From positions 908-64,907 of the forward strand of contig JAQSXR010000012.1 in NCBI GenBank assembly GCA_029256575.1: a stretch of 64,000 nucleotides of DNA. Direction: 5' to 3'. This document shows, one piece after another, positions 48,520 to 57,752 of this stretch. Position 1 is the stretch's first letter. Each line of letters opens with the position of its first letter. The DNA is from Clostridiales bacterium (GTDB lineage Bacteria > Bacillota > Clostridia > Lachnospirales > JAQSXR01). A program made the position numbers and the translations under genes. The notes under the pieces are model-generated. The model was not told the DNA's origin. It saw nothing but the letters and a program-made list of their open reading frames with translations, and made no database searches.

Positions 48520-48546
48520 TATATTATGTTATTCTACAAAATTTGT
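48520..48546 (-). promoter_or_regulatory. sigma-K-like promoter candidate
   Basis: Minus strand reads AC, 16 nt, CATAATATA, 30 nt upstream of the ATG. This matches the B. subtilis sigma-K consensus AC-N16/17-CATANNNTA. Confidence 0.35.
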
Positions 48547-48705
48547 GCAAATTTGATAAAATTCTCTAGGAATTTTCATTTTGTATAAGCTGTCTATTAT
48601 TAAACAACCTATTAATTATTGAATTTACACAATAAAAATAGTTCAAATCGCCTTCATTCAATAATCAAGCGACGTGAACTATTTATTTTTTCTATTAACA
48701 AACTT

Positions 48706-50058
48706 TTATTGTATCTTGAAGTCGACCTTGGACATATGTCCTTCCAACCAATCGATAAATTGTCTGGCAGTTCTAGGCGAACGCCCATTATAATACATTT
48801 CCCATTTCAATGCTTCCTTGTGTAAGGTTACAATATCAATATCTAATTTTCTAATACGAGCAAGCCCTTCAACAATATCTAGAAATTTCTTCTTATCTGG
48901 TGAAGTAAATGTAACCGTAATTCCAAATCGATCAGCTAGCGATAATTTTTCTTGTAATGTGTCAGCAGCACGTATTTCATCATCATGGTTATTTGACATC
49001 AATCCTGATCTATCGCTAAATTTTTCTTTAATTAAATGCCTGCGATTTGACGTTGCATAAATCACAACATTTTGAGGTTTGCTCTCCAACCCACCTTCTA
49101 ATACAGCTTTTAAGGCAGTATAATCTTCCTCACTATCCCCAAATGCTAAGTCATCTATAAAGATAATAAATTTTTGCTGTCTGTCTTTTATGGCTCTTAA
49201 TACATAGTGTAAATCATTCAGGTAGGCTTTAGGTAATTCTATTATACGTAACCCTAATTGATTATACTCATTCAGCAATGCTTTTACGGTAGATGATTTT
49301 CCAGTGCCTCTATCCCCATATAATAAAACATTATTTGCAGGATATCCATTTAAAAATTGTAGCGTATTATTAATAACTTCCTGACGTTCTATTTCATATC
49401 CTATCAGGTCACAAAAACGTATATGATCCGGAGATGATATCCCCTTCAAATAACCCTTATCCTGATTTCTTTCCCAAACAAAACCTTTATAATTTGCAAA
49501 CTCCCCAGATCCATTTTGTCTATAAAAATCAGCCAAAGGTTTTACACACTCTCCCCAGTTATTATTGGAATTAAGTAAAGATGTAGTGTCCAAATCTTCT
49601 GTAATACAGTCGTCATTTACTAATTCCCATTCCGGTAGATTATTAATTATGTCATTCTCAAACAATGAATTTCCAAACTTCGTTATAGCTGCTTCCTTGA
49701 TTTCTTTTGCAGATATGGATATCAATTTATTGAGACACCTCAAGTCCCTTTCCACTGCATTTTGAAGATTCTTATTTATATTATCGAAGCATACTTTTTC
49801 ACTGTGTCTACTAAAAGCATTTTCATCTAATACTATTTTTCCAACCAAATAACGCTTGAAAGAACTTTCCGGACTATTTTGGACCAACTTATAATAAAAA
49901 TCACAATAATTATTGATAAACTCACTGAAATCAGTGTTTTCATTTATTAAATCTTCAAAAATATAATGTAGTGCATGGATAACTTTATCTTCTAAAAGTC
50001 CTCTATAAACGGTTAAAGACTCTATTGATGTTTTTACTTCAAAAATTTTACTAAACAT
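48706..50058 (-). CDS. DUF815-type AAA ATPase
   Basis: Walker A GDRGTGKSS and Walker B FIIFIDDL. The conserved C-terminal half is typical of DUF815. Confidence 0.8.
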   Translation of the reverse strand: MFSKIFEVKTSIESLTVYRGLLEDKVIHALHYIFEDLINENTDFSEFINNYCDFYYKLVQNSPESSFKRYLVGKIVLDENAFSRHSEKVCFDNINKNLQNAVERDLRCLNKLISISAKEIKEAAITKFGNSLFENDIINNLPEWELVNDDCITEDLDTTSLLNSNNNWGECVKPLADFYRQNGSGEFANYKGFVWERNQDKGYLKGISSPDHIRFCDLIGYEIERQEVINNTLQFLNGYPANNVLLYGDRGTGKSSTVKALLNEYNQLGLRIIELPKAYLNDLHYVLRAIKDRQQKFIIFIDDLAFGDSEEDYTALKAVLEGGLESKPQNVVIYATSNRRHLIKEKFSDRSGLMSNNHDDEIRAADTLQEKLSLADRFGITVTFTSPDKKKFLDIVEGLARIRKLDIDIVTLHKEALKWEMYYNGRSPRTARQFIDWLEGHMSKVDFKIQ

Positions 50059-50210
50059 ATAATTCTCCTTATTGACATTTTCTTTTATGATTCAATAAAA
50101 TACGCTACACACATTATACTTTTTCGATTAATTTTATTCAACATATTATTCTTAAGCTTTATCATTAAGATCAGATCCATAATGCTTTCTTAACGAATAA
50201 AAATAAAAAA

Positions 50211-50238
50211 CTGAGGTTTCAAAAGAACTTCAGCTTTT
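50211..50238. terminator. terminator hairpin after the sigma/anti-sigma operon
   Basis: CTGAGGTT / AACTTCAG 8-bp stem flanked by an A-run and a T-run. There is a long T-run on the minus strand. Confidence 0.6.
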
Positions 50239-50254
50239 TATTTCAATTTACTTA

Positions 50255-50363
50255 TTTATATTTGCTAACTTATATTTGATAATTTATATTTGGTAATATA
50301 TATTTGATAATTTATATTTGGTAACTTAGTTGTTCAATTTATATTTTAACTTATATTTGATTG
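50255..50363. repeat. tandem array of about 8 units of a 14-nt repeat YTTATATTTGRTAA
   Basis: Units start at 50255, 50269, 50283, 50297 and 50311 (all 14 nt, near-identical), then degenerate units at 50325, 50338 and 50350. Confidence 0.85.
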
Positions 50364-50364
50364 C

Positions 50365-51099
50365 TTATTGTAATATAGATTGAATAATGTGTACAAAGTC
50401 ATCTTGTGATATCCCTTGCATACCTGTAACTTCATAGCCCATTCCTTTATATATAAATGTAGTGAAATAAGCATCTAAGTCTTTGCTATATCCAATAACG
50501 ATGTCTTCTCCATTTATCGTGGAAACCTCTTGATTTTCTAATTGATATCTCGTATCTGTAATAGGTAAGGTATCTTTTTGGAATCTTATCGTAAGGTATG
50601 CGCCTCCATTCGGATTGCTAAAAGAATACCCACTCATCATAAATTCGCTACCATCTTGATTGTAGTAAACATATGCATCTTCCGTGTTTTCCAATCCAGT
50701 TGGCAACCATAGATCTAAATTCAAATTAGCTTTTTCAAGATATGCCTCATATGAAATTGCTTCTGTCGTCCCATTCTCTGGCAATCTTATCTTCGCTCCA
50801 GTTGAACTTAGTATGCTATTAATTTGTAGTGTCTGTACTGTTTGATTCCCTGAGCCATTTAAGATAGGTGCTTTATTCTCAAATATGTTAGTAAAAGAAA
50901 GTACTGCCACAAGGGCTAACCCACAAACAACCGGTACTGCATAACGTAATTTAAATATATTTCTTTTCGGTGATTTTTTCATAATAATTCCTCCGTTATA
51001 TGATATTTTAGTTTTCTTAGCTATAGTTTCCCAGTAATCTGGCGTTTGTTCTGCTTCTTCAATTAAAGCTTCTTTTACCTTTGTTTCAAATTTATTCAT
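50365..51099 (-). CDS. anti-sigma factor-like single-pass membrane protein
   Basis: 4-nt overlap with the sigma gene. Short cytoplasmic N-terminus, TM (VPVVCGLALVAVLSF), and an extracytoplasmic domain of about 170 aa. Confidence 0.7.
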   Translation of the reverse strand: MNKFETKVKEALIEEAEQTPDYWETIAKKTKISYNGGIIMKKSPKRNIFKLRYAVPVVCGLALVAVLSFTNIFENKAPILNGSGNQTVQTLQINSILSSTGAKIRLPENGTTEAISYEAYLEKANLNLDLWLPTGLENTEDAYVYYNQDGSEFMMSGYSFSNPNGGAYLTIRFQKDTLPITDTRYQLENQEVSTINGEDIVIGYSKDLDAYFTTFIYKGMGYEVTGMQGISQDDFVHIIQSILQ

Positions 51100-51638
51100 C
51101 CTATTACCTCATCTTTCATTAATAATTGTAACTTGGAAACAGCTCGTTTATATTGCCATCCTACTTTACCCAAGGTCATATTTAGGATTTGACCTATTTC
51201 TCGAAAGGAGATTTCGGTTAATAAATGCAATTTTATGATTTCTTGTTGTATTGGTTCTAATTGACTTAAATAGTATTCAATGAGAAGCCCACTGGTGAGA
51301 TTTTCTTCAAAACTATCGATACTTTCTTCCTCTAAAATAGGTTCTGCATAATCACTTAATGCAAAATGTTTTCTCTTTCGAATTGCATCCACCGCTTCAT
51401 TGTGAGTAATACTCATAATCCAGGCTTTGGGATTTCTACCCTTTTTATAGCTATCTGCGCAGGATAGTATCTTAATAAAAACGTCTTGAGCAATATCTTC
51501 TGCCAACTGCTTATCTCTTGAAATTGTATAGGCGTACGAGTATACAGCTTTCCCCATAAGCTCATATATATTTTTTAAGGCAACCGTATCTTTTTCAACA
51601 ATACATTGTATATAGAATTCTAATTGTTCAGTGATCAC
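51096..51638 (-). CDS. ECF-type RNA polymerase sigma-70 family factor
   Basis: Region 2 (AEDIAQDVFIK) and a region 4 HTH (SFREIGQILNMTLGKVGWQYKRA). GTG start after AGGAGG. Confidence 0.85.
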   Translation of the reverse strand: MITEQLEFYIQCIVEKDTVALKNIYELMGKAVYSYAYTISRDKQLAEDIAQDVFIKILSCADSYKKGRNPKAWIMSITHNEAVDAIRKRKHFALSDYAEPILEEESIDSFEENLTSGLLIEYYLSQLEPIQQEIIKLHLLTEISFREIGQILNMTLGKVGWQYKRAVSKLQLLMKDEVIG

Positions 51639-51888
51639 TTTAATTAACCTCCTTTCCTTATATACGTATGGTGAGATACTTTTGTATGGTTTTTTAAGTA
51701 ATATTTGGTTTTTATTCAGAAACTCTATTGACCGTTTTGGTATATAATGCTAATCTTGTTTTGAAAATGCTTACTTGGATTGCGGAAGGGTACATAAGTA
51801 ATTCATTAGGTGATATTGAAGTATTTTGTAATGAATTTGATGCATGTATACAATTACTTAAAAACAATTTTTATAAGGAGGAGTATCT

Positions 51889-52776
51889 ATGATTGATGTA
51901 AACGGACTAACATTAAAGTATCCAAGTGGAAAAGGAATCTTTGATGTAAATTTTAAAGTTAACAACGGAGAGGTAGTAGGTTATCTCGGGCCAAATGGAG
52001 CCGGTAAAACTACGACAATTCGGGCTTTACTCGGGTTTATGCGGCCAGATAGTGGTAAGTGTTCTATTGGGGGTCTTGACTGTACTGAGGACGCCCCACA
52101 AATTCAAAAGACTCTCGGATACATACCCGGTGAAATTACATTCTTAGATGGGATGAACGGAGATGAGTTTCTTAAATTTATGTGTGACATGCGTGGCACA
52201 CGTGACTTTACACGACAAAAACAACTCATTGAGATGTTTGAGCTTGAAACCAAAGGTAATATCAAAAAGTTTTCAAAGGGTATGAAGCAAAAAATAGGGA
52301 TTGTTACGGCTTTTATGCACAATCCTGATGTTCTTCTATTAGACGAACCCACAAGCGGACTTGATCCACTAATGCAAAATCGTTTTGTTGAACTGATACT
52401 TGAAGAAAAGAAAAAAGGTAAAACAATATTAATGTCAAGTCATATGTTTGAAGAAGTAGAACGCGCTTGTGACAATGTATTAATTATTAAAGACGGGAAA
52501 ATAGTTGTTCAATCCGATGTTATAGAACTAAAAAATTCTCAACGTAAAGGCTTCATTATTAAACCAGCTGATATGACTTCTTCTTCTAATATACTCCAAA
52601 ATGCAGGTTTTGAAATTGGTACCGTAACAAAAGATTCAATTGAAATTTTTATAACTGGTGAAAAGACAGATCTTTTTATTAAAACTGCTGCGCAATTCAA
52701 GGTACTTAATTTAGAAATCAAAGCTCAATCACTTGAAGATATTTTTATGCAATTTTATGGCAAGGAGGGTAAATAA
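51889..52776 (+). CDS. ABC transporter ATP-binding protein (ABC-2 type)
   Basis: Walker A GPNGAGKTT, signature FSKGMKQK, Walker B LLLDEPTSGLD. Confidence 0.9.
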   Translation: MIDVNGLTLKYPSGKGIFDVNFKVNNGEVVGYLGPNGAGKTTTIRALLGFMRPDSGKCSIGGLDCTEDAPQIQKTLGYIPGEITFLDGMNGDEFLKFMCDMRGTRDFTRQKQLIEMFELETKGNIKKFSKGMKQKIGIVTAFMHNPDVLLLDEPTSGLDPLMQNRFVELILEEKKKGKTILMSSHMFEEVERACDNVLIIKDGKIVVQSDVIELKNSQRKGFIIKPADMTSSSNILQNAGFEIGTVTKDSIEIFITGEKTDLFIKTAAQFKVLNLEIKAQSLEDIFMQFYGKEGK

Positions 52777-52778
52777 TT

Positions 52779-53576
52779 ATGAGTTCAACATTATTTAAGA
52801 CAACATTAAAAAAGAATTGGACATTATTACTTATTTTCTTTGGAGTTTTGACCATGTATATGACTATAATGATTTCTATGTATGACCCAGAAGATATGGA
52901 AGCCTTAATGTCTATGTTTAAGCTTCTCCCTCCAGATCTTATGAAAGCTTTGGGCTTTTCTAGTTTAGCAACTGACCTTACTGCATATCTTGCAAGTTGG
53001 CTTTATGGACTATTAATGATAGCCTTTCCTATGATTTATAGTATTATTCTCGGAAATAAACTAGTAGCAAAAATGGTTGATAACGGATCCTTTGCATATT
53101 TATTGTCTACTCCAAATTCAAGAGTAAAGATCATTACAACACAAGGATTATATGCCCTAAGTACGGTACTTGTTCTGTTTTCTGCTTTATTTGGTTTAGG
53201 TGTTACAGTTTGTGGAGCTATGTTTCCTGGTGCTCTCGATATCACTGCTTTTTTTAGACTTAACCTCACAACAATGCTTGTAAATATGGTTGTTATGATG
53301 ATTAGTTTTTTCTTTTCCTGTTTATTTAATGAAACAAAGATGTCACTTAGCTTTGGTGCAGGTATTCCAATTATGTTTCTTCTTATGAACATACTAGGAG
53401 GGGCTTCTACTAATATAGAGTTTTTAAAGAAGTTTTCAATTTATGGAATTTATGATCCAATTAAATTAGTTCATGGTAGTGAAGTATGGGGAGTTAATCT
53501 TTTTTATATCGGTATCATAGTTGCTCTTTTTATAGCTAGTGTATTTATATTCAAGAAGAAAAGATTACCACTATAA
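52779..53576 (+). CDS. ABC-2 family permease
   Basis: Six TM helices, immediately downstream of the ATPase. SD AGGAGGG. Confidence 0.8.
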   Translation: MSSTLFKTTLKKNWTLLLIFFGVLTMYMTIMISMYDPEDMEALMSMFKLLPPDLMKALGFSSLATDLTAYLASWLYGLLMIAFPMIYSIILGNKLVAKMVDNGSFAYLLSTPNSRVKIITTQGLYALSTVLVLFSALFGLGVTVCGAMFPGALDITAFFRLNLTTMLVNMVVMMISFFFSCLFNETKMSLSFGAGIPIMFLLMNILGGASTNIEFLKKFSIYGIYDPIKLVHGSEVWGVNLFYIGIIVALFIASVFIFKKKRLPL

Positions 53577-53590
53577 TTGGGGTAGCTTTC

Positions 53591-53634
53591 AAAACACTCC
53601 ACAGCTGATTTAATGACAGCTTGTGGAGTGTTTT
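53591..53634 (+). terminator. rho-independent terminator
   Basis: AAAACACTCCACAGCTG / CAGCTTGTGGAGTGTTTT followed by a T-run. Confidence 0.8.
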
Positions 53635-53663
53635 TCTATTCAAGCCTTAATTATAAAGATATG

Positions 53664-53733
53664 TTGACAAACGACATATGTCGTGATACGATATATTTAA
53701 TATGTCGCATCACGTTATATGTCGTTTGTCGAC
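53664..53733 (+). promoter_or_regulatory. padR promoter with embedded palindromic and repeated operator
   Basis: TTGACA (53664), a 17-nt spacer containing the perfect 14-bp palindrome ACGACATATGTCGT (53671..53684), then TACGAT. ATATGTCG recurs at 53676, 53700 and 53717. Confidence 0.6.
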
Positions 53734-53764
53734 ACATCTAAATCATAAGAAAGGAGTTGTTCAA

Positions 53765-54091
53765 TTGAAAACAGAACCTTTGACGGAAAGTTACTTTTAC
53801 ATCTTGCTCTGTCTTTATAATAATCCTAGACATGGTTATGGAATTATGCAAGAAACATTTACTCTTTCTGATGGAAGAGTTAAGATTGGTTCCGGGACTA
53901 TGTATGGGGCAGTCAGCAACATGATGAAAAAAGATTGGATTGTAGAAACAAAAAGTATTAATCCTGAGGATTACCGCAAACGTCTTTACCAGATTACAAG
54001 TCTTGGAAAGCAGATCCTAGAGCAAGAAATCTCTAGGCTGAAACAATTAGTAAATAGCTCCATTATGATAATCGAGGGGAGGGTGAACTAG
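53765..54091 (+). CDS. PadR-family transcriptional regulator
   Basis: YILLCL....HGYGIMQ and a winged helix. TTG 53765 follows AAAGGAG at 7 nt; 108 aa is typical. Confidence 0.85.
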   Translation: MKTEPLTESYFYILLCLYNNPRHGYGIMQETFTLSDGRVKIGSGTMYGAVSNMMKKDWIVETKSINPEDYRKRLYQITSLGKQILEQEISRLKQLVNSSIMIIEGRVN

Positions 54092-55093
54092 ATGTTAGGC
54101 AAAACCAAGAATAAGATAAAAATGTACTTGGCGTGGAACTATGACAAAGAAGAAGAGTATATCAATTCAATGTCAAAAAAGGGTTGGCAATTGAAAAAGG
54201 GAGGCCTTTTTCATCATTCATACGAAAAAAACGATACTCCTTACCGCTATAAAATTGATTTCAACACTAAGGTAAAGATGAGCTTTGAAGAACATTGCCG
54301 ATACATTAGTATTTTCGAAGAACAAGGATGGGAGTACATTAATTCGACGATAAATGGTTGGCACTATTTTAGAAAGTTATATGTACCTGGATCAAGTGAG
54401 GAAGATTATGAAATTTATACAGATAATATCTCCTTAAAGGAAATGCTCTCAAGATGGACTGTGATTGCTCGATTTTTTCAAGCTTTTTATTTATTCTACT
54501 CTATACTTTATATTTCTCACTATTTCAAAAGTAAAAATACCATTTATGGAATGATTGCTCTATTTACATTTCTAGCTTTTATACTATTTGGAGTAGGGAT
54601 AAGAATAATGAAAAAGAAAAAGGCTCATCCTAAAGTCAAACTATCGAAAGGATATGGAGTTTATTTACTGGTTGGGACAATGCTTATATCCTTCTCTCTC
54701 ATGCTTTATTTAGCCATATGGGGACAGTATACTTATAAAATAGATTATACCTCACAGATTAATTGCTATACCGAAGATTTTAGAGATATCTTTACCGTAG
54801 AAAAAGACGGCTTATATAATCTTGATATTAAATGCACGAGTGATCGAGGATTGATAATGATTCAAATATCGAAAGCTGGGGTTATTATCTATAATGGTGG
54901 TGGTATGGGTTTTCGTGTCTCAAACATGCTTCTTCAATTAGAAAAAGGGGAATACACAGTTGATGTTATCTATTACCTTGAAGATTATAAAGAAAAATTT
55001 AATGCTTCTGAAGAAAAACTCGAAGAACTAAATCTAACTGGAAACCTTGAAGAAATGAGTGAAGTAAAGATTTTAATAGGACTTAAACAATAG
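54092..55093 (+). CDS. DUF2812-type membrane protein (PadR partner)
   Basis: N-terminal EEEYINSMSKKGWQL module, two central TM helices, abuts the padR stop. Confidence 0.7.
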   Translation: MLGKTKNKIKMYLAWNYDKEEEYINSMSKKGWQLKKGGLFHHSYEKNDTPYRYKIDFNTKVKMSFEEHCRYISIFEEQGWEYINSTINGWHYFRKLYVPGSSEEDYEIYTDNISLKEMLSRWTVIARFFQAFYLFYSILYISHYFKSKNTIYGMIALFTFLAFILFGVGIRIMKKKKAHPKVKLSKGYGVYLLVGTMLISFSLMLYLAIWGQYTYKIDYTSQINCYTEDFRDIFTVEKDGLYNLDIKCTSDRGLIMIQISKAGVIIYNGGGMGFRVSNMLLQLEKGEYTVDVIYYLEDYKEKFNASEEKLEELNLTGNLEEMSEVKILIGLKQ

Positions 55094-55104
55094 AAATCAA
55101 AATT

Positions 55105-55130
55105 ACGACCCCCTATTATTAGGGGGTCGT
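55105..55130. terminator. bidirectional terminator
   Basis: ACGACCCCCT / AGGGGGTCGT GC-rich stem followed by a T-rich tract. Confidence 0.8.
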
Positions 55131-55140
55131 TATTATTTTT

Positions 55141-56544
55141 CTACAATTGACATACTTTATGTGGATTCAAAATATTTTTTGGATCAAATGCTTTTTTAAT
55201 GCCTCTCATTATCTCTACCGTAGCAGGATCCATTGATTCCATTAAATATGATTTTTTTGCATAACCAATACCATGTTCACCAGACACTTGGCCATTTAAT
55301 TCTCTCGCCTTCGCATAAATTCTGTCCATCGCATCTTTCATTCTTATTTCCCACTCTTCTTCACTTAGTTCGTCCTTAAGAACATATGCATGAAGATTTC
55401 CATCTCCTGCATGTCCAAAACTCTTAATTCGAACATTTACTTCTTTATATAAACCATGAATATATTCTACCATTTCATTTACTGAACTTCTTGGAACTAC
55501 CACGTCAACTTCATCCATATAAGTTGTGGAACCTTTAATAGCTTCAAGAAAAGCACCTCTTGCCTTCCAAATAGATTCTTCTCTCTCATTTGTATCTGAA
55601 ATCAATATGTCGATTGCACCTTGTTCAAGGCAAATTTTCGCTACATTATCATAGTCCTTCTCAACTTCTTCAGTTGAGTTTCCATCAAATTTTAATAAAA
55701 GGTAAGCGTCTGAAGTGTTATCAGGGAATTTCTTTCCTAAGTATTTTTCTGCATCCATAATAACTTCTCTTTGCATAAATTCGATTGCAGTTGGAATGGA
55801 TTTTGATTTAATAATCATTGGTACTGTTCTGATTGCTTGTTCTAAAGTTGGAAATGGAACAAGTAAACTAATTGCTTTTTTAGGAAGTGGGAGAAGCTTT
55901 AATATTGCCTTTGTAATGATTCCAAGCGTTCCTTCTGATCCAACCATTAAGTCCTTCATTGCATAGCCCGTACTATTCTTAACAACCTTACCGCCAAATT
56001 CTACTACTGTTCCATTTGGTAAAACTACCTCAAGCCCACGTACATAATCTCTGGTTACACCGTATTTAACAGCTCTCATCCCGCCAGCATTGGTGCTGAT
56101 ATTTCCTCCTATTGTTGCTGATTTTTCCCCTGGATCTGGTGGATAGAACAAATCTCTTTCTTGTACATACGCGGATAGTTCCATTAGTAAAACACCCGGT
56201 TGCACTGTTATCGTTAAATTGGATTCATCAAGTTCAATAAATTGATTCATCAAACACGTATCAATCATAATTCCGTGTTCTATTGCTACAGATGCACCTA
56301 CAAGGCCAGTTCCAGATCCGCGTGGCGTAACCGGAATATTATTCTCATAAGCATATTTCATAATCTTAGAAACCTCATCTGTAGTAGTTACTTTTACAAC
56401 AATATCTGGATAGCTTATCGTATCACTTAATTCATCGTGGCTATAATCTTCATTGATATTTGCTCCATAAAGCACTCTTTCAGAATCATTTATAATACTA
56501 TTGATATAGTCAATATCTTCATGATTTAATTTTTTATAGTTCAT
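55141..56544 (-). CDS. FAD-binding GlcD-type lactate dehydrogenase (LctD-like)
   Basis: FAD_binding_4 domain ([10 protein letters not shown]) plus a C-terminal GEHGIG motif. ATG 56544 is preceded by AAGGGGG. Confidence 0.9.
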   Translation of the reverse strand: MNYKKLNHEDIDYINSIINDSERVLYGANINEDYSHDELSDTISYPDIVVKVTTTDEVSKIMKYAYENNIPVTPRGSGTGLVGASVAIEHGIMIDTCLMNQFIELDESNLTITVQPGVLLMELSAYVQERDLFYPPDPGEKSATIGGNISTNAGGMRAVKYGVTRDYVRGLEVVLPNGTVVEFGGKVVKNSTGYAMKDLMVGSEGTLGIITKAILKLLPLPKKAISLLVPFPTLEQAIRTVPMIIKSKSIPTAIEFMQREVIMDAEKYLGKKFPDNTSDAYLLLKFDGNSTEEVEKDYDNVAKICLEQGAIDILISDTNEREESIWKARGAFLEAIKGSTTYMDEVDVVVPRSSVNEMVEYIHGLYKEVNVRIKSFGHAGDGNLHAYVLKDELSEEEWEIRMKDAMDRIYAKARELNGQVSGEHGIGYAKKSYLMESMDPATVEIMRGIKKAFDPKNILNPHKVCQL

Positions 56545-56548
56545 AGTT

Positions 56549-57739
56549 TTATGCCCCCTTGCCAACTTTTAATTGGTTGATTAAGTTTGGAATTATTTCA
56601 TATAGATCTCCTACCAAACCATAGTGTGCAGTTTTAAAAATTGGTGCATTTTCATCTTTATTAATTGCTATAATTTGATCGGAATTATTCATTCCTGCAG
56701 TGAATTGAACGGATCCTGATACTCCACATGTAATAATAAGTTTTGGTCTAACTGTTCTTCCACTCAATCCAACTTGACATTTCGCTTCTAACCAACCAGC
56801 TTCTGAAACTGGTCTTGTACAAGCAAGTTGGCCTCCTAATAAATCAGCTAGTTCTTGAATCATTTGTAAATCTTCTTGCATCTTAATCCCACGTCCAACT
56901 ACTACTAATACTTCTGCTGATTCAATAAATTGTTCTTTTTCCTTAGCAATTATATCAAGTACATCAACTTTACTATTTAATTTTTCAGTTTGAATGTAAC
57001 AGTTTATAATTTCTCCCGTTTCAATAGAACTTCTCTTTGGTGCATCCATAACCTTATATCGAACGGTAGCCATTTGTGGTCTATTATTTGGAGTAAGAAT
57101 CTGTGCCATTATGTTACCTCCAAAAGCTGGACGTATTTGTACCAAATCAGTATTTTCATTCATATCCAGTATCGTACAATCTGCAGTTAGTCCTGTTCTA
57201 ACTCTTGCTGCCAATCGAGGTGCCAACTGGCGTCCTACTGGTGTTGCCCCCACTAATATCGCCGTAGGTTTTACGTTAATTACAAAATCTTCAAATACTG
57301 CTGTGTATGGTTCCATTTTAAATCGGTCTAATTTCTCATCATCATAAACGTATACTCTATCTACTCCATAGTGAAGAAGTTCATGACACTGGTCTGCTAT
57401 TTTACTACCCATCATAATTGCATAAACTGGGTGATTTATTTTTGCTGCAAGTTCTATTGCTTTTCCTATTAATTCGTAAGTAACTGGGTGAATTACTCCA
57501 TCAATATGATCTACATAAACAGCGATTCCGTTCCATAGACTTTTATCAATGGATTCTTTCTCTTCTTCTAAGTACTCAACTGCGCCTTTCGGTCCTTTTT
57601 TTACGCATATTTTACACATCTTACAAGCGGAATTTATTTGAAGTTCGCCATTTTTTTCTTCCATAGCTCCAAATGGACATATGTTAATCATATCTTGTAT
57701 ATTTCCAACTTTTTCTTGATTTACTACTAACTTTGCCAT
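56549..57739 (-). CDS. etfA: electron transfer flavoprotein alpha subunit with N-terminal ferredoxin domain (LctC-like)
   Basis: N-terminal CPFGA...CKMCKIC cluster motifs. The C-terminal FAD-binding block [16 protein letters not shown] matches the EtfA pattern SGAIQH..G. Confidence 0.9.
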   Translation of the reverse strand: MAKLVVNQEKVGNIQDMINICPFGAMEEKNGELQINSACKMCKICVKKGPKGAVEYLEEEKESIDKSLWNGIAVYVDHIDGVIHPVTYELIGKAIELAAKINHPVYAIMMGSKIADQCHELLHYGVDRVYVYDDEKLDRFKMEPYTAVFEDFVINVKPTAILVGATPVGRQLAPRLAARVRTGLTADCTILDMNENTDLVQIRPAFGGNIMAQILTPNNRPQMATVRYKVMDAPKRSSIETGEIINCYIQTEKLNSKVDVLDIIAKEKEQFIESAEVLVVVGRGIKMQEDLQMIQELADLLGGQLACTRPVSEAGWLEAKCQVGLSGRTVRPKLIITCGVSGSVQFTAGMNNSDQIIAINKDENAPIFKTAHYGLVGDLYEIIPNLINQLKVGKGA

Positions 57740-57752
57740 ATTCGTAACCCTC

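Noticed and set aside
50255-50363. Possible CRISPR array.
   Set aside because: Units are 14 nt and directly abutting with no spacers, AT-rich, and there are no cas genes. This is a simple tandem repeat.
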